The notes below the pieces were generated by a model. The model was not told the DNA's origin. It was given only the letters and a program-made list of their open reading frames with translations, and did not search any database. Shown here piece by piece: positions 1 to 10,556 of a DNA stretch of 64,000 nt. The translations under genes were made by a program, and so were the position numbers. Origin of the DNA: an uncultured Acidobacteriota bacterium (GTDB lineage Bacteria > Acidobacteriota > Polarisedimenticolia > J045); assembly GCA_963702425.1 (NCBI GenBank), contig CAVPCQ010000037.1:128001-192000 (forward strand). The letters are read 5' to 3'. Within the stretch, counting starts at the first letter, position 1. Every line of letters starts with the position of its first letter.

Positions 1-1555
1 CTTCCAGGCGCGAGAAGTCGAGCACGTCGTCGACGATCTGGAGCAGGTCGCGGGCGCAACGCCGGATCGTCTCCACCTGCTCCCTGACCGCGGGGGTGAG
101 CTCGTGCTCGAGCGCCAGCTCGGCCATCCCGAGCACGCCGTTCAAGGGGGTGCGGATCTCGTGGCTGACGTTGGCCAGGAAGAGGTTCTTGGCCTCGCTC
201 GCCGCTTCGGCGGCGCGGCGGGCGTGTTCGATCGTCGAGACGTCGCGCACCAGGAGGACGCTCGCCGCGCGTCCGTGGACCGCGGCCTGGGCGACGCTGG
301 CTTCGGCCTCGAGCAGCCGGCCGCTGGTGTGGCGGAAGGCCAGGAAGCGCGTTCCGCCGGCGCCCGGGTCGAGCGTCGCGCGGACCATCTCGGCGGGAGT
401 CTGCCCCGCGGCCGCGGCCAGGAGTTCCGCGAGCGGGGTGCCAACGAGACGGTCGTGCGCACGCCCCAGCCAGGCTCCCGCGAACGGGTTCGCGTCGAGC
501 ACCGTACCGTCGCCGGGCGCGACCACCAGGATCGCCTCGGGGGCCGCCTCGACGATCGAGGCCACCGCGCGCTCGCTCTCCGCGAGTTCGCGGCCGCGGC
601 GGTCAGCGACCTCGCGCAGCGAGCGCTGGCGGCGCTCCGTACCGTCGAAGAACCAGCCGCCGAGCAGTGCGAGCGCGACGCCGAGCTGAAGCACGAGCAT
701 CGGGCCGAAGCCGATGAACCCGCTGTCGAGTGCTTCCGAGCCCCAGGCGGCGAGACGGAGCCGCTGGCCGCCGGCCTCGATCTCCGCGACGTGCACGGTC
801 GCGGGCGTGGGCTTCCCGGCGCCCTCGTCGTAGACGACCTCGCTGCCGCGCTCGCCCGGCGCCTCGATGCGGCAGCCGAGCAACCGCGGGTGCCGCGCGA
901 TGGCCGTGCTCAGGACGACGGCCGGGTCGACGACGACGGCGACGAGCCGCGGGCGCGGTCCCGGATCGCTCCCGGCGCGCGTCACGACCATGGTGCGTTG
1001 CGCTCCGTCGAGGTCGGAGAAGAGCGGAGAGACCCGCGGGCTGTCCGATCGGGTGGCGCCGTCGAGGAACGATCTCAGCGCGGGGCCTGCGCCGCGAGCG
1101 TCCCCCTCCAGCCAGCCGCGCCGACCGGACCCGGCGCGCACGATCCGGTACACGAACCGGCCGCCTGCCGGCTCCGGCACGATCAACACGACATCGACGA
1201 CGCCGGGGAAGGCCGAGCCGGCCGCGTGCGCGACGCCCGCCACTCGTTCCGCTGGCGGAATCGCCGGTCCGGCCAGCGAGGCTCCGGCCAGTCGCGCGGC
1301 CTGCTCCGGCCCGGCCAGCGCCGCGGTGACGTCGCGGGCGAGATCCTCCGCTTCGCGGCGCAACCGGCGCTGCTCCTCCTCGCGTGCCCAGCCGCGTGCC
1401 GCACCGAAGGCCAGCGCGGTGACGGCCACACCGGCGAGCGCCGCGGCGAGGCCCCATCGCGAGAGCAGGCCGCCCTCCCCGCGGCGTGCGCGGAAAGCGG
1501 CCACGAGGCCGATCGTGATTGCGATCGCCGCGAGCCCTGGCTCGATCCACTCCAC
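1..1555 (-). CDS. Membrane sensor histidine kinase (TM segments, PAS-like region, HisKA); runs off the window edge
   Basis: Manual minus-strand translation gives the H-box AKNLFLANVSHEIRTPLNGVLGMAEL...DLLQIVDDVLDFSRLE, typical of hybrid kinases. In-frame GTG at 1555 starts a hydrophobic N-terminus (VEWIEPGLAAIAITIGLVAAF). Absent from the ORF track because it is truncated. Confidence 0.88.
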   Translation of the reverse strand, partial: MEWIEPGLAAIAITIGLVAAFRARRGEGGLLSRWGLAAALAGVAVTALAFGAARGWAREEEQRRLRREAEDLARDVTAALAGPEQAARLAGASLAGPAIPPAERVAGVAHAAGSAFPGVVDVVLIVPEPAGGRFVYRIVRAGSGRRGWLEGDARGAGPALRSFLDGATRSDSPRVSPLFSDLDGAQRTMVVTRAGSDPGPRPRLVAVVVDPAVVLSTAIARHPRLLGCRIEAPGERGSEVVYDEGAGKPTPATVHVAEIEAGGQRLRLAAWGSEALDSGFIGFGPMLVLQLGVALALLGGWFFDGTERRQRSLREVADRRGRELAESERAVASIVEAAPEAILVVAPGDGTVLDANPFAGAWLGRAHDRLVGTPLAELLAAAAGQTPAEMVRATLDPGAGGTRFLAFRHTSGRLLEAEASVAQAAVHGRAASVLLVRDVSTIEHARRAAEAASEAKNLFLANVSHEIRTPLNGVLGMAELALEHELTPAVREQVETIRRCARDLLQIVDDVLDFSRLE

Positions 1556-1651
1556 GCCCAAAAGGTAGGCTCCGCGCCCGCTCGGGCGCCGCTTCCGAGT
1601 TCCCGATCGACCTATCGGCCGGGAGGGGGGGAACTGCAGGGGGGGCGGGGG

Positions 1652-4600
1652 TCAGGGACAGCCGGAGGCCGGGCCGTCCTGAACCAGGTAGAAATACGAG
1701 ACCCCGTCCCGGAGGACCGGGTGGCGAGCCTCCGGGGCGGCCGACTCGAGGGCCGACGGAAGCGACCCGACCGTCGCGGCCTCGAGCGACCAGGGGAAGC
1801 GGTAGCGCGCCGCGCCCGGGATCGGGGCGCAGCGCAGGACCACCTGGTCCCCGTCCGGCGAGCGGTCGACGGTCAACCTCGCCGCTGCCAGCCGCGCGGG
1901 GTCGACGCTGCCGCAGTCCCGCGCGGTCAGCGTCGCCGAGGAGGCAGACGGCAGGGCGCATCCGCTCCCCGAGCGGGCGAGGACCTGATAGCGGTGGTCA
2001 CGGTTCGGCTCGGCGTCGTGGTCGTCGAAGCCGCGCGCGGAGGCGTCGACCGTGGCGACGAGCCGGCCGTCGCGCCAGATCTCGAAGACCCCGGTCCCGC
2101 CTCCGCCCCAGTCGACGACCTCGCCCCAGGAGAGGCGCACTCCGCCGGCCGCCGCGGGATCGAGGTCCTCCGCCGACAGCAGGCCGATGAACTGCGGGGG
2201 GGGCCAGCACGTCCCGGCCGAGCAGGCCGACGCGAGGCGCACGCCGCTCACTGCGAGGTCGTCGATCACCGCGCCGCCGTCGGTGCCGCAGTCGCTCGAC
2301 AGGTTGATCCGGAAGCGGACGGTCCGCCCCGCCCAGGGCTGGAGGTTGAACTCGAACCTCCGCCAGCCCGAGAGGGTTCCCGAGGCGGGTCCCGTGATGC
2401 AGCCCTGCGTCGGCGGGTAGTCGCAGCCGTTGATCCACGCCCCGTTGCCGCCCCCGTCGCCGGCGCAGGGGGGCGGGGTGGTATTGGCGAAGGTGTTCGG
2501 GTAGCCGCCGATCGGGGCGATCGGCGCGAACGGCCCGCCGTCGGCCGACAGCTCGACGACCATCCCGTCCCACCTGTGCTCGATGCTGTAGTCGGCGAAG
2601 AACGAGAGCCGCGGCGAGGCTGCGGAGTCGAGCGGCAACCCGGGACCCACGAGACCGAAGCAGGCCAGCGGCGGATAGCGCCCGGTGCCGAGCGGTTCGT
2701 CGTCCGACCAGTAGGACCAGCTCCCGCCATGGTGCAGGGCGATCGGGCTGCGCGACCAACCGGCGCCGGCGGCGGTCTCGTCTTCGGTCGTCTCGCTGGT
2801 CATCTTCGCCGGCCGGGCGTCACCGGCGTCGTCGATCCAGCTCCCCGACTGCCGCGGGCCGCCGGCGCGTACCGTGGCCCGGGTGCCGGGGCCCTCGAGC
2901 CCGCTCGCGGCGTCGAACGCGCGGACCTCGTAGGTCCAGCTGTCCCCCGCCGGCTCTCCCAACCCGTCCCAGCCGGTGGTGAGGGCCGAGTCGGCGTAGG
3001 CAGTGGCGCCAGTTTCGACCCTGAGGGTGGCCGGGCCGGGGACGAAGGCCGGGTCGGTCGAGCGGAAGACGCGATACGAGAGCGGGTCGCCGCACGGGGA
3101 GGTGACGGCGCTCCAGGCGAGCCCGACACCGCACTGCGCCGACTCGGCATCGGCGGCCGCGAGAGCGGCGGGCGCCGCGGGCGCGACCAGGCAGGTCGCC
3201 GAGGGGACGAGCGGATTCGAGGTGGCCGCCGGCGCCGCGCAGAGCCCCGACGCGTCCAGCGCCTCGACCTCGTAGGTGAAGGGGCCGGCTCCCGCCGGGT
3301 GGTCGAGCAGGGCGCCCTCGGATCCGGCGACCCGGCCCACGAACCGGCGCACGGCGCCTTCGATGCGCCAGACGTCGTAGTGATGGGCAGCGGCGGACCG
3401 GTTCCAGCCGACCACGACGGCGTCGCCGACGACGGTGGCGCTGACGCCGGTCGGTGCCGCAGGGGCGCTGCAGGCCGGAGCGCAGACGGTCGCGTCCGCG
3501 CTGCGGCGGATGTTCTCCCAGGTCAGCTCGACGTCGTCGACCCGCCAGCGGATCTCGTCGCCGCTGCTGCTGGTGCAGGACACCGCGCCGTCGGCGGAGT
3601 CGGCGATGTCGGCCCGGAACAGGAGCTGCAGCGTCGTCGCGTCGGCCGCCGGGGGGAGCGTCCACTCCGTGACCCGCGACGGGTCGAGGTCGGCGGTCAG
3701 GTTGGTCCCGTCGGCCGAACGGTCGCGATAGTAGCCGGAGGGGAGGGTGCGGCCGTCGCGGTTGGTGAAGACCTCGACCAGGGTCCTCTCGCAGGGCTTG
3801 CCGTCCTCGTTCAGCTTGAGGTGGAAGCTCTCGCGGAAGCGCACGCGCTCGAGGATCGTGGTCGTTCCCGGTTCGCCGGTGACGACCGACGGACTGACCA
3901 GGCGGTGGTTGACCTTCGACGCGGTGCTGAGCAGCTGGCCCGAGCAGGAGGGGATCAGGGCCTGCCGCGAACCGAAGCACAGCCCGATGTTCCAGGTCGG
4001 TTCCGAGGTGCTGCAGTTCTTGTTGGGGTCGAACCAGTACCAGGATCCCGGGGTCGGCGCGGGGTCGCCGTCGTAGCACTCCCCGAGGCTGCTGGTGAAG
4101 GAGTCGGTCCAGGAGCCCGGGGTGCGCGTCTCGTCGGTCTCGAGCGCGAGCGAGACCGGGACGATCCGCGGTTCGGTCCAGCCGTCGGCGTTTACGACCA
4201 ACTCGAGCGTCGCCGTCGTCGCGGTCGCGTCGCCGCGCAGCGAGACCTGGAACGGGACGGCGACGGGGGCCGCCCCGCCGGTCGCGAGGTCGCCGAACGC
4301 GCCCTCGGCGGAGGCGACGTAGAGCTGCGGGTCGGTCGAGCGCAGCGTGGCGGTGACGCCGCGCAGGTCCGCCGGCCCGGGATTCACGAGCGTCAGCGAG
4401 AGCGCGCCGGTCTCGCCGGCGTCCAGGAAGCCGTCCCCGTCGCAGCCGCCCGCGAACGTGGGCGGGCCGACGGACAGGTCCTGTCCGCAGCCGGTGAGCG
4501 CCCGCGCGGTGGCCGCGTGCGCCGGGCTCACATCCTGGTAGACGGCGCGGAGCTCGTCGCCGCTGGCCAGCTCCAGCCGGCCGTTACCGAGCACAATCGG

Positions 4601-7492
4601 CTGGCCCGACACCAGCGCGACGCCACCGGTGTAGCGTCCCCCGCCGAGCGCGGAGAGGGTCGCCGTTTCCTGGTCTCCTGACGAGGTCCGCACCGTCACG
4701 ACGATCGAGGCGCCGGCGTTCGCATCGAGCGCTTCCAGCCCGGCCACGCCGTCGCAGCCGAAGCGCGGGCGGGCGAAGCGCAACGATCCGCCCGCGGCCG
4801 AGACGGGCCCGACCGCGACGACCGCGAAATCCTGGCGCGCACCGCCGTCGACGAAGGGCGTGCCCGGGACGCTCTCCCCGACGACCTCGACCCGCCACAC
4901 TCCGGCCGGTGCGCCGCCGATCGGCAGCCGCACCACCTCGACGTTGTCGTTGTCGCTCACCGGGAACGCGTTCGGCGCCGTCGCTTCGCGCGTCGTCGCG
5001 TTGCGGTCGCGGGCGGACCACGCATTGCCGCGGTAGACCGTCCCGTTCGGCGCCGTGACGACGAGGTCGAGGTCGTTCACGAGGTACGACGGGGAGGCCA
5101 CGAGGGCCGGCGGATCGGGCCAGGTCAGCACGATCTTCAGCTCCTCGGCGCGGCCGTCGAGGTAGACCTCACTCGACCAGGACTCGCCGGTCGCGATCCC
5201 GCGGTCGCGCGCCACGTCCCAGACCGCGAGCCCGCGCGCGTCCCCGCCGAAGAACAGCGCGTCGTCGAGCTGGAGCCGCCCCCAGCCCTGCTCGTTCGTC
5301 GGCGCGTCGTCCTGCAGCAGCGCGAGGTTGCAGTCGCGGTCGCCGGTGCAGGTGAGCTGCGACTTCCCGCTGCACGTCCAGCAGTCGGCGTCCTCGGAGC
5401 AGGCGCCGAAGCCGTTCGTGCACAGGCCCACCGACAGGTCGCAGGTGTCGGGCAGGCAGGGCCCGTAGTCGGCGCCCCCGCGCCCGGTCATGTTGCGCGC
5501 GCCGGCGAGCAGCGTCGCCTTGAGCAGAGCCGCGGAAGGGACGAGCGCATCGCCTGCGCGCGCCGCGCCGGAGGGGTAGAACCCCTTCCGGAAGTACTCC
5601 CGCGCCAGCGCCGCGTAGCCCGCGACGAGCGGCGCCGCGAACGACGTGCCGTTCACCTCGAAGGTCGAGCAGGTGCGGCCGACTTCCTTGCGGTCCGAGG
5701 TGCCGGTGACGAGCGAGCGGCCCGAGATCACGATGTCGGGCTTGAGCCGCCCGTCCGTCGTCGGACCGCGGGAGGAGAACTCGGCGACGTTCTCCGGGTC
5801 GAGCGCCTTGGTCGGGTCGGGATCGGCTTGGACCCGCGCGTCCGACGCGCCGACGGTGAGCACGTTCTTGGCCGTTCCGGGGGAGGCGAGCGAGCCCGGG
5901 TAGGGCCCGCCGTTTCCGGCGCTGAAGACGATCAGGAAGTCGGGGTGATTCCACGCCATCCGGTCGGTGAAGAAGGCCAGCGTGTCGTACTGGTTCCGCG
6001 CCACGCCCCACGAGTTGGTCGAGATCCGGGCGCCGGCGTCACGCATCTGCTCGAACATCCGGTCGACGATCAGCGGGACCGGCAGCCCGAGCCCGACGAG
6101 CTGCCCCTGGTCGTCGCCGAGGTCCTCGACCACCAGCTTCGCCATCGGCGCGACCCCGTCGCCCGGGTCGTGGTGCGGGCCGAGCGGGTTCGCCTCGGTT
6201 GCCGGATCGGTCGGGTCGTCGCCGGCGGCCGAGACCGCGGTCCAGGTCCCGTGCGGGTCGCCGGAGCGCACGTCGTATGCGGTGGCCTTGGCCTGGAACG
6301 AGCCGAGCAGGTTGTAGGCGACGATCTTGCGCCGCGAGAGGTCGACCGGGATCGGGCCGGCCAGTGCGCCGTCGGCGGGAACGCTCGAGACCGGCGGCAA
6401 CCCGTGCAGGTCGTCGATCATCCAGCAGGTGTCGGGGTCGACGCCGCTGTCGGCGATCCCGATGAGCTCTCCGTCTCCGAGGAGTCCCCGCTTCCAGACC
6501 GTCGCAGACCTGGTGTAGTTGCGCTTCCAGAACCGGTCGTAGGACTGACCGATCCAGACCGCGTCGTCGTTGAGCAGTTCCACCGCGCCGCTCGGCTCGA
6601 GCGCAACCACCTCCTCGAGCGCCGCGACGCGCGACAGCGCGACACGCAGGCCCGAGCGCGGGACCGAGAGCGCGAGCAGCGCGACCGGGCCATCGCCGGC
6701 GACGCCGTCGAGGACGAGGCCCGGGAAAACCGAGGCGACGTCGTTCGCCAGGTCCTCCGCGGTCCGTCCCGGTCCGAGCAGCGCGAGCGCGTGGACCCGG
6801 AACGCGTCGAGCCCTTCGCCCGGCAGCGCACCCCGGGTCGGCTGGCCGGCCGCGACCCGGGCGAGCGAGCGATCGTACTTGTACCCGGGACGGTACCGGC
6901 CGACCCAGCGCACTCCCGGCAGTCCGGCCGCCCGGCCGAGCGCCAGGGCGTCGGCCCGCACCAGGTAGGCTTCGCGCGGCACGGCGAAGAGCGGCTGGAC
7001 CCCGGCCTCCGCCAGCGCGGCCCGCTCTCCCGGACCCGGGGGAGCGGCGAACTGGACCAGGGCGAGCCGTGGCGCGGCCGAGGAGAGGTTCTCGAATCCC
7101 GCGGGCTCGGGAGCGATCTCCGAGAGGTCCGGCTCCCCGTCCGCCAGCGGTTCGAAGGCCGTGGTGTCGAACAGGATCGCATGGGGCCGGGCCAGCAGAT
7201 CGTCCGGCGAGGGGTCCCCCCCGCGGCCGTCCAGGGCGCCCAGCCCCAGCAGGAGCGGGCCCCGCCAGCTACCGGGGAGCCGAGCGTCCGCCCCCGGCCC
7301 GGCCCCCGGACCGGCCCCTTCCGCGACCGCCGGAGGATCGGTCGAAAGGGGGACGGACGGGCCGAACGGCCCGCGGAAGGGGGCGGGCGGGCGCGTCGCG
7401 TCGCCGGCGAAGGCCGGGACGGCGGCTGCCGAAAAAAGGCCCGCGATAACAAAAAGGCGGGCCCGTCCGGCGCCCGCGGTCCACCCTGCCAT
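1652..7492 (-). CDS. Large secreted S8 (subtilisin-like) serine peptidase with FN3/Ig-like and other C-terminal modules, 1946 aa
   Basis: Signal peptide; catalytic motifs IGIADSG, HGTWTA, FSAGNGG and GTSFAAP; FSSRGPTTDGRLKPD and VNDLDLVV (KP-43-like); FN3-like W..Y repeats downstream. Confidence 0.92.
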   Translation of the reverse strand: MAGWTAGAGRARLFVIAGLFSAAAVPAFAGDATRPPAPFRGPFGPSVPLSTDPPAVAEGAGPGAGPGADARLPGSWRGPLLLGLGALDGRGGDPSPDDLLARPHAILFDTTAFEPLADGEPDLSEIAPEPAGFENLSSAAPRLALVQFAAPPGPGERAALAEAGVQPLFAVPREAYLVRADALALGRAAGLPGVRWVGRYRPGYKYDRSLARVAAGQPTRGALPGEGLDAFRVHALALLGPGRTAEDLANDVASVFPGLVLDGVAGDGPVALLALSVPRSGLRVALSRVAALEEVVALEPSGAVELLNDDAVWIGQSYDRFWKRNYTRSATVWKRGLLGDGELIGIADSGVDPDTCWMIDDLHGLPPVSSVPADGALAGPIPVDLSRRKIVAYNLLGSFQAKATAYDVRSGDPHGTWTAVSAAGDDPTDPATEANPLGPHHDPGDGVAPMAKLVVEDLGDDQGQLVGLGLPVPLIVDRMFEQMRDAGARISTNSWGVARNQYDTLAFFTDRMAWNHPDFLIVFSAGNGGPYPGSLASPGTAKNVLTVGASDARVQADPDPTKALDPENVAEFSSRGPTTDGRLKPDIVISGRSLVTGTSDRKEVGRTCSTFEVNGTSFAAPLVAGYAALAREYFRKGFYPSGAARAGDALVPSAALLKATLLAGARNMTGRGGADYGPCLPDTCDLSVGLCTNGFGACSEDADCWTCSGKSQLTCTGDRDCNLALLQDDAPTNEQGWGRLQLDDALFFGGDARGLAVWDVARDRGIATGESWSSEVYLDGRAEELKIVLTWPDPPALVASPSYLVNDLDLVVTAPNGTVYRGNAWSARDRNATTREATAPNAFPVSDNDNVEVVRLPIGGAPAGVWRVEVVGESVPGTPFVDGGARQDFAVVAVGPVSAAGGSLRFARPRFGCDGVAGLEALDANAGASIVVTVRTSSGDQETATLSALGGGRYTGGVALVSGQPIVLGNGRLELASGDELRAVYQDVSPAHAATARALTGCGQDLSVGPPTFAGGCDGDGFLDAGETGALSLTLVNPGPADLRGVTATLRSTDPQLYVASAEGAFGDLATGGAAPVAVPFQVSLRGDATATTATLELVVNADGWTEPRIVPVSLALETDETRTPGSWTDSFTSSLGECYDGDPAPTPGSWYWFDPNKNCSTSEPTWNIGLCFGSRQALIPSCSGQLLSTASKVNHRLVSPSVVTGEPGTTTILERVRFRESFHLKLNEDGKPCERTLVEVFTNRDGRTLPSGYYRDRSADGTNLTADLDPSRVTEWTLPPAADATTLQLLFRADIADSADGAVSCTSSSGDEIRWRVDDVELTWENIRRSADATVCAPACSAPAAPTGVSATVVGDAVVVGWNRSAAAHHYDVWRIEGAVRRFVGRVAGSEGALLDHPAGAGPFTYEVEALDASGLCAAPAATSNPLVPSATCLVAPAAPAALAAADAESAQCGVGLAWSAVTSPCGDPLSYRVFRSTDPAFVPGPATLRVETGATAYADSALTTGWDGLGEPAGDSWTYEVRAFDAASGLEGPGTRATVRAGGPRQSGSWIDDAGDARPAKMTSETTEDETAAGAGWSRSPIALHHGGSWSYWSDDEPLGTGRYPPLACFGLVGPGLPLDSAASPRLSFFADYSIEHRWDGMVVELSADGGPFAPIAPIGGYPNTFANTTPPPCAGDGGGNGAWINGCDYPPTQGCITGPASGTLSGWRRFEFNLQPWAGRTVRFRINLSSDCGTDGGAVIDDLAVSGVRLASACSAGTCWPPPQFIGLLSAEDLDPAAAGGVRLSWGEVVDWGGGGTGVFEIWRDGRLVATVDASARGFDDHDAEPNRDHRYQVLARSGSGCALPSASSATLTARDCGSVDPARLAAARLTVDRSPDGDQVVLRCAPIPGAARYRFPWSLEAATVGSLPSALESAAPEARHPVLRDGVSYFYLVQDGPASGCP

Positions 7493-7622
7493 GCCAAGCA
7501 GGTACGGTCAGCCGGCCCGGGGTGCAAGCCGGACCGGCCCCGCGCCGCCGCGCGACCCGGCTCCGGCCCGGGCCGTCGGAGCGGGGACCGGACCAACGGT
7601 CCCGGCCGCCGGCCGACGAGCG

Positions 7623-7652
7623 TTGACACCCGTTGGGCGCGGCTCTTAGCAT
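7623..7652 (+). promoter_or_regulatory. Sigma70-type promoter upstream of ilvE
   Basis: TTGACA-N18-TAGCAT. Confidence 0.55.
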
Positions 7653-7746
7653 CGACTCCGTTCCCCCCTGGTGTGCCTTCTTTTCGGATCCTGCCGTCGA
7701 CGAGCCGCGCTGTCGCGCCGTCGCACGGGGCGGTGGAGGCCTGCGC

Positions 7747-8673
7747 ATGGCGTTCGAAGGTGTCAGCTCGATCTGGATGAACGGCCGGCTGGTTCCCTAC
7801 GCGGAGGCCAACATCCACATCTGTTCCCACGTCATCCACTACGGCTCGTCGGTCTTCGAGGGGGCGCGCTGCTACAAGACGCCCTACGGCTCGTCGTGCT
7901 TCCGGCTGCGTGAGCACATCCGGCGCCTGATCGACTCGGCGAAGATCTACCGCATGCAGGGGGCCTTCACCGAGGAGCAGCTGGTCGACGCGTGCCTCGA
8001 GACGATCCGCGCCAACCGCTTCGAGGAGTGCTACATCAGGCCCGTGATTTACCGCGGCTACGGCACGCTCGGCGTCAATCCGTCGAACTGCCCGGTCGAC
8101 ACCGCCATCGTCGTCTGGTCGTGGGGCGCCTACCTGGGGGAGGAGGCCCTGTCCAACGGGGTCGACGTCACGATCTCGACCTGGAACCGGATGGCACCCA
8201 ACACGCTCCCCGCGCTCGCCAAGTGCGGCGCCAACTACATGAACTCGCAGCTGATCAACCTCGAGGCCCGGGCGCGCGGCTTCACCGAGGGGATCGCGCT
8301 CACGACCGACGGCCTGATCAGCGAGGGCTCCGGCGAGAACGTGTTCGTCATCTGGCGCGGGAAGATCTTCACCCCCGGCCTGCAGCATTCGATCCTCGCC
8401 GGCATCACGCGCGACTCGGTGATCACGCTGGCGAAGGAGCTGGGATACGAGGTGGTCGAGAGCGCGCTCCCGCGCGAAGCGCTCTACGTCGCGGACGAAA
8501 TCTTCTTCACCGGCACCGCGGCCGAGGTGACGCCGATCCGTGCGGTGGACGGGGTGCCGATCGGGAACGGCGCGCGGGGCGAGGTCACCCGCCGGATCCA
8601 GGAGGCCTACTTCAACGAAGTCAAGGGGGCGCAGCCCCGGCACCCCGAGTGGCACCTGAAGGTCCAACCCTGA
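7747..8673 (+). CDS. ilvE: Branched-chain amino acid aminotransferase
   Basis: HYGSSVFEGARCY, AKCGANY (PLP Lys), EGSGENVF, ILAGITRDSV, FFTGTAAEVTPI; ATG 7747 after GGAGG. Confidence 0.96.
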   Translation: MAFEGVSSIWMNGRLVPYAEANIHICSHVIHYGSSVFEGARCYKTPYGSSCFRLREHIRRLIDSAKIYRMQGAFTEEQLVDACLETIRANRFEECYIRPVIYRGYGTLGVNPSNCPVDTAIVVWSWGAYLGEEALSNGVDVTISTWNRMAPNTLPALAKCGANYMNSQLINLEARARGFTEGIALTTDGLISEGSGENVFVIWRGKIFTPGLQHSILAGITRDSVITLAKELGYEVVESALPREALYVADEIFFTGTAAEVTPIRAVDGVPIGNGARGEVTRRIQEAYFNEVKGAQPRHPEWHLKVQP

Positions 8674-8683
8674 GGGGAAGAAG

Positions 8684-9073
8684 CTAGCCGGGCGGGATCG
8701 GGATCGCCGCGAGACAGGCCGCCAACCGGCCGGCGCCGTGCGGGGGAAGCAGCGCCACCGCGCCCCAGCGTCGGGCCTGGTCCCCGGCGCCGGCGAGCTG
8801 CTCCGGAAGCAGGGCTACGGCCGAGGCGTGGCGGGACAGGGTCCGGATCACCTCCAGCCCTTCCTCCTCGAGCGAGACGAGGTCGACCACGACGAGCCCC
8901 GGCCGGTTCTGGGCGGCCACCGCTCCGGAGCCGCCCGGGGGCAGGCCCAGCAGCGACCAGGCGCGCTGCAGGTCGGGTACCCGCCGCGGCGAGAAGCCGG
9001 CCATCCGGATCCCCTCCTCGAGTTCCGGCAGACGGACCAGGTCGCGTGACACCAGCATCGCCCAGCGCAGCAC
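8684..9073 (-). CDS. Hypothetical protein, degenerate receiver-domain-like
   Basis: ORF filling the intergenic gap; PGLVVVDL...GLEVIRTL and ARRWGA resemble CheY-like elements, but the canonical acidic pocket and Lys are not evident. Confidence 0.45.
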   Translation of the reverse strand: MLRWAMLVSRDLVRLPELEEGIRMAGFSPRRVPDLQRAWSLLGLPPGGSGAVAAQNRPGLVVVDLVSLEEEGLEVIRTLSRHASAVALLPEQLAGAGDQARRWGAVALLPPHGAGRLAACLAAIPIPPG

Positions 9074-9271
9074 CGTGCCTCCGGAAGGTGACGGCCCCGC
9101 CGGGAGCCGGGCTCCCGGGGGGGCGGTTGTCCCCGCCGGCGCCGGAAACCTAGATTCCCGGGCGGGGGCCGAGCGCCCCGCCGTGGTCCGTCGGCGACCG
9201 GCCCGGCCCGGGGATTATCTCCCGAGTCGCGTGCGGCGCCGGGCGCGGCGTTGTCATCCCGGGAGACGGCC

Positions 9272-10489
9272 GTGCACATCAACGATCTCTTGAAGGCCGC
9301 GTCCGACAAGGGCGCTTCCGACCTCCACCTGAAGGTCGGCTCGTACCCGATCATCCGCGTCGACGGCCACCTGCTGGCGATGACCGAGCACCCGCGGCTG
9401 ATGCAGGAGGACGCGGTGGCGATGGCGTTCTCGATCATGAGCGCGCGCCAGAAGCAGAAGTTCAAGGAGAACCTCGAGATCGACATGGCCTACTCGGTTC
9501 CGGGGCTCGGCCGCTTCCGTGTCAACTGCTTCCAGCAGCGCGGCGCGGTCGGCATGGTCTTCCGCGTGGTCCCGGTGAAGATCCCGACCGTGCGCGAGCT
9601 GACGCTGCCGACGGTGCTCGAGCAGATCGCGTCGGAGGCCCGCGGGCTGATCCTCGTGACCGGGACGACCGGCTCCGGAAAGTCGACGACGCTCGCCGCG
9701 ATGATCGACTACATCAACGCGACGCGCTGCGAGCACATCATGACGATCGAGGACCCGATCGAGTTCCTGCACCGCGACAAGAAGTCGCTGATCAATCAGC
9801 GCGAGGTGGAGGTCGACACGAAGTCGTTCGCCGATGCGCTGCGCTCCGCGCTGCGGCAGGACCCGGACGTGATCCTGGTCGGCGAAATGCGCGACTACGA
9901 GACGATCGAGACGGCGCTGCTCGCGGCCGAGACCGGCCACCTGGTGCTCTCCACGCTGCACACCCTCGACGCCACCGAGACGATCAACCGGATCATCTCC
10001 GTCTTCCCGCCGCACCAGCAGAAGCAGATCCGGCTGCAGCTGGCGGCGGTCTTCCGCGCCTGCATCTCGATGCGGCTCGTGACCCGCGCCGACGGCCAGG
10101 GCCGCGCCCCGGCGGTCGAAGTGCTCCGCGTGACGCCGTACATCCGCGAGTGCGTCGAGAACAAGGACAAGACGAAGATGATCCGCGACGCGATCGCGCA
10201 GGGAACCTCGCAGTACGGGATGCAGACCTTCGACCAGTCGCTGCACCAGCTCTGGCAGGCCAAGGTCATCACCAAGGACGAGGCGCTCCTCCGGGCCACC
10301 AACCGCGACGAGCTGCGGCTGCGGATGGAGGGGATCGAGTCGACGTCCCAGTCGACCCAGGCGGCGATGCAGGAGGCGCTGGTCGGTGCGCCCGCTCCTG
10401 CCGGCGATGCCGGATCGTCCGGGCCGGCGCCCCGGCTGAACCGTTCCTCGCGCGAGGACGACTTCCCGCCGCTGCCGCGCACGCGCTAG
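9272..10489 (+). CDS. pilT: PilT/PilU family type IV pilus retraction ATPase
   Basis: ASDLHLKVG, Walker A GTTGSGKST, TIEDPIE, ALRQDPDVILVGEMRD, GHLVLSTLH, GMQTFDQ. Confidence 0.93.
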   Translation: MHINDLLKAASDKGASDLHLKVGSYPIIRVDGHLLAMTEHPRLMQEDAVAMAFSIMSARQKQKFKENLEIDMAYSVPGLGRFRVNCFQQRGAVGMVFRVVPVKIPTVRELTLPTVLEQIASEARGLILVTGTTGSGKSTTLAAMIDYINATRCEHIMTIEDPIEFLHRDKKSLINQREVEVDTKSFADALRSALRQDPDVILVGEMRDYETIETALLAAETGHLVLSTLHTLDATETINRIISVFPPHQQKQIRLQLAAVFRACISMRLVTRADGQGRAPAVEVLRVTPYIRECVENKDKTKMIRDAIAQGTSQYGMQTFDQSLHQLWQAKVITKDEALLRATNRDELRLRMEGIESTSQSTQAAMQEALVGAPAPAGDAGSSGPAPRLNRSSREDDFPPLPRTR

Positions 10490-10556
10490 ACCGCGCACCG
10501 CGCGGGGCCGCGATCCGCCGCCGGTCCGGGCCGCGGGGCGCGTGTATCCTCAGCGG

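Noticed and set aside
104-4681. Very long ORFs such as 104-4681(+), 10739-14701(-) and 44854-46920(-)
   Set aside because: Antisense shadows of real genes; expected in very high-GC DNA, Arg/Gly/Pro-rich and without motifs.
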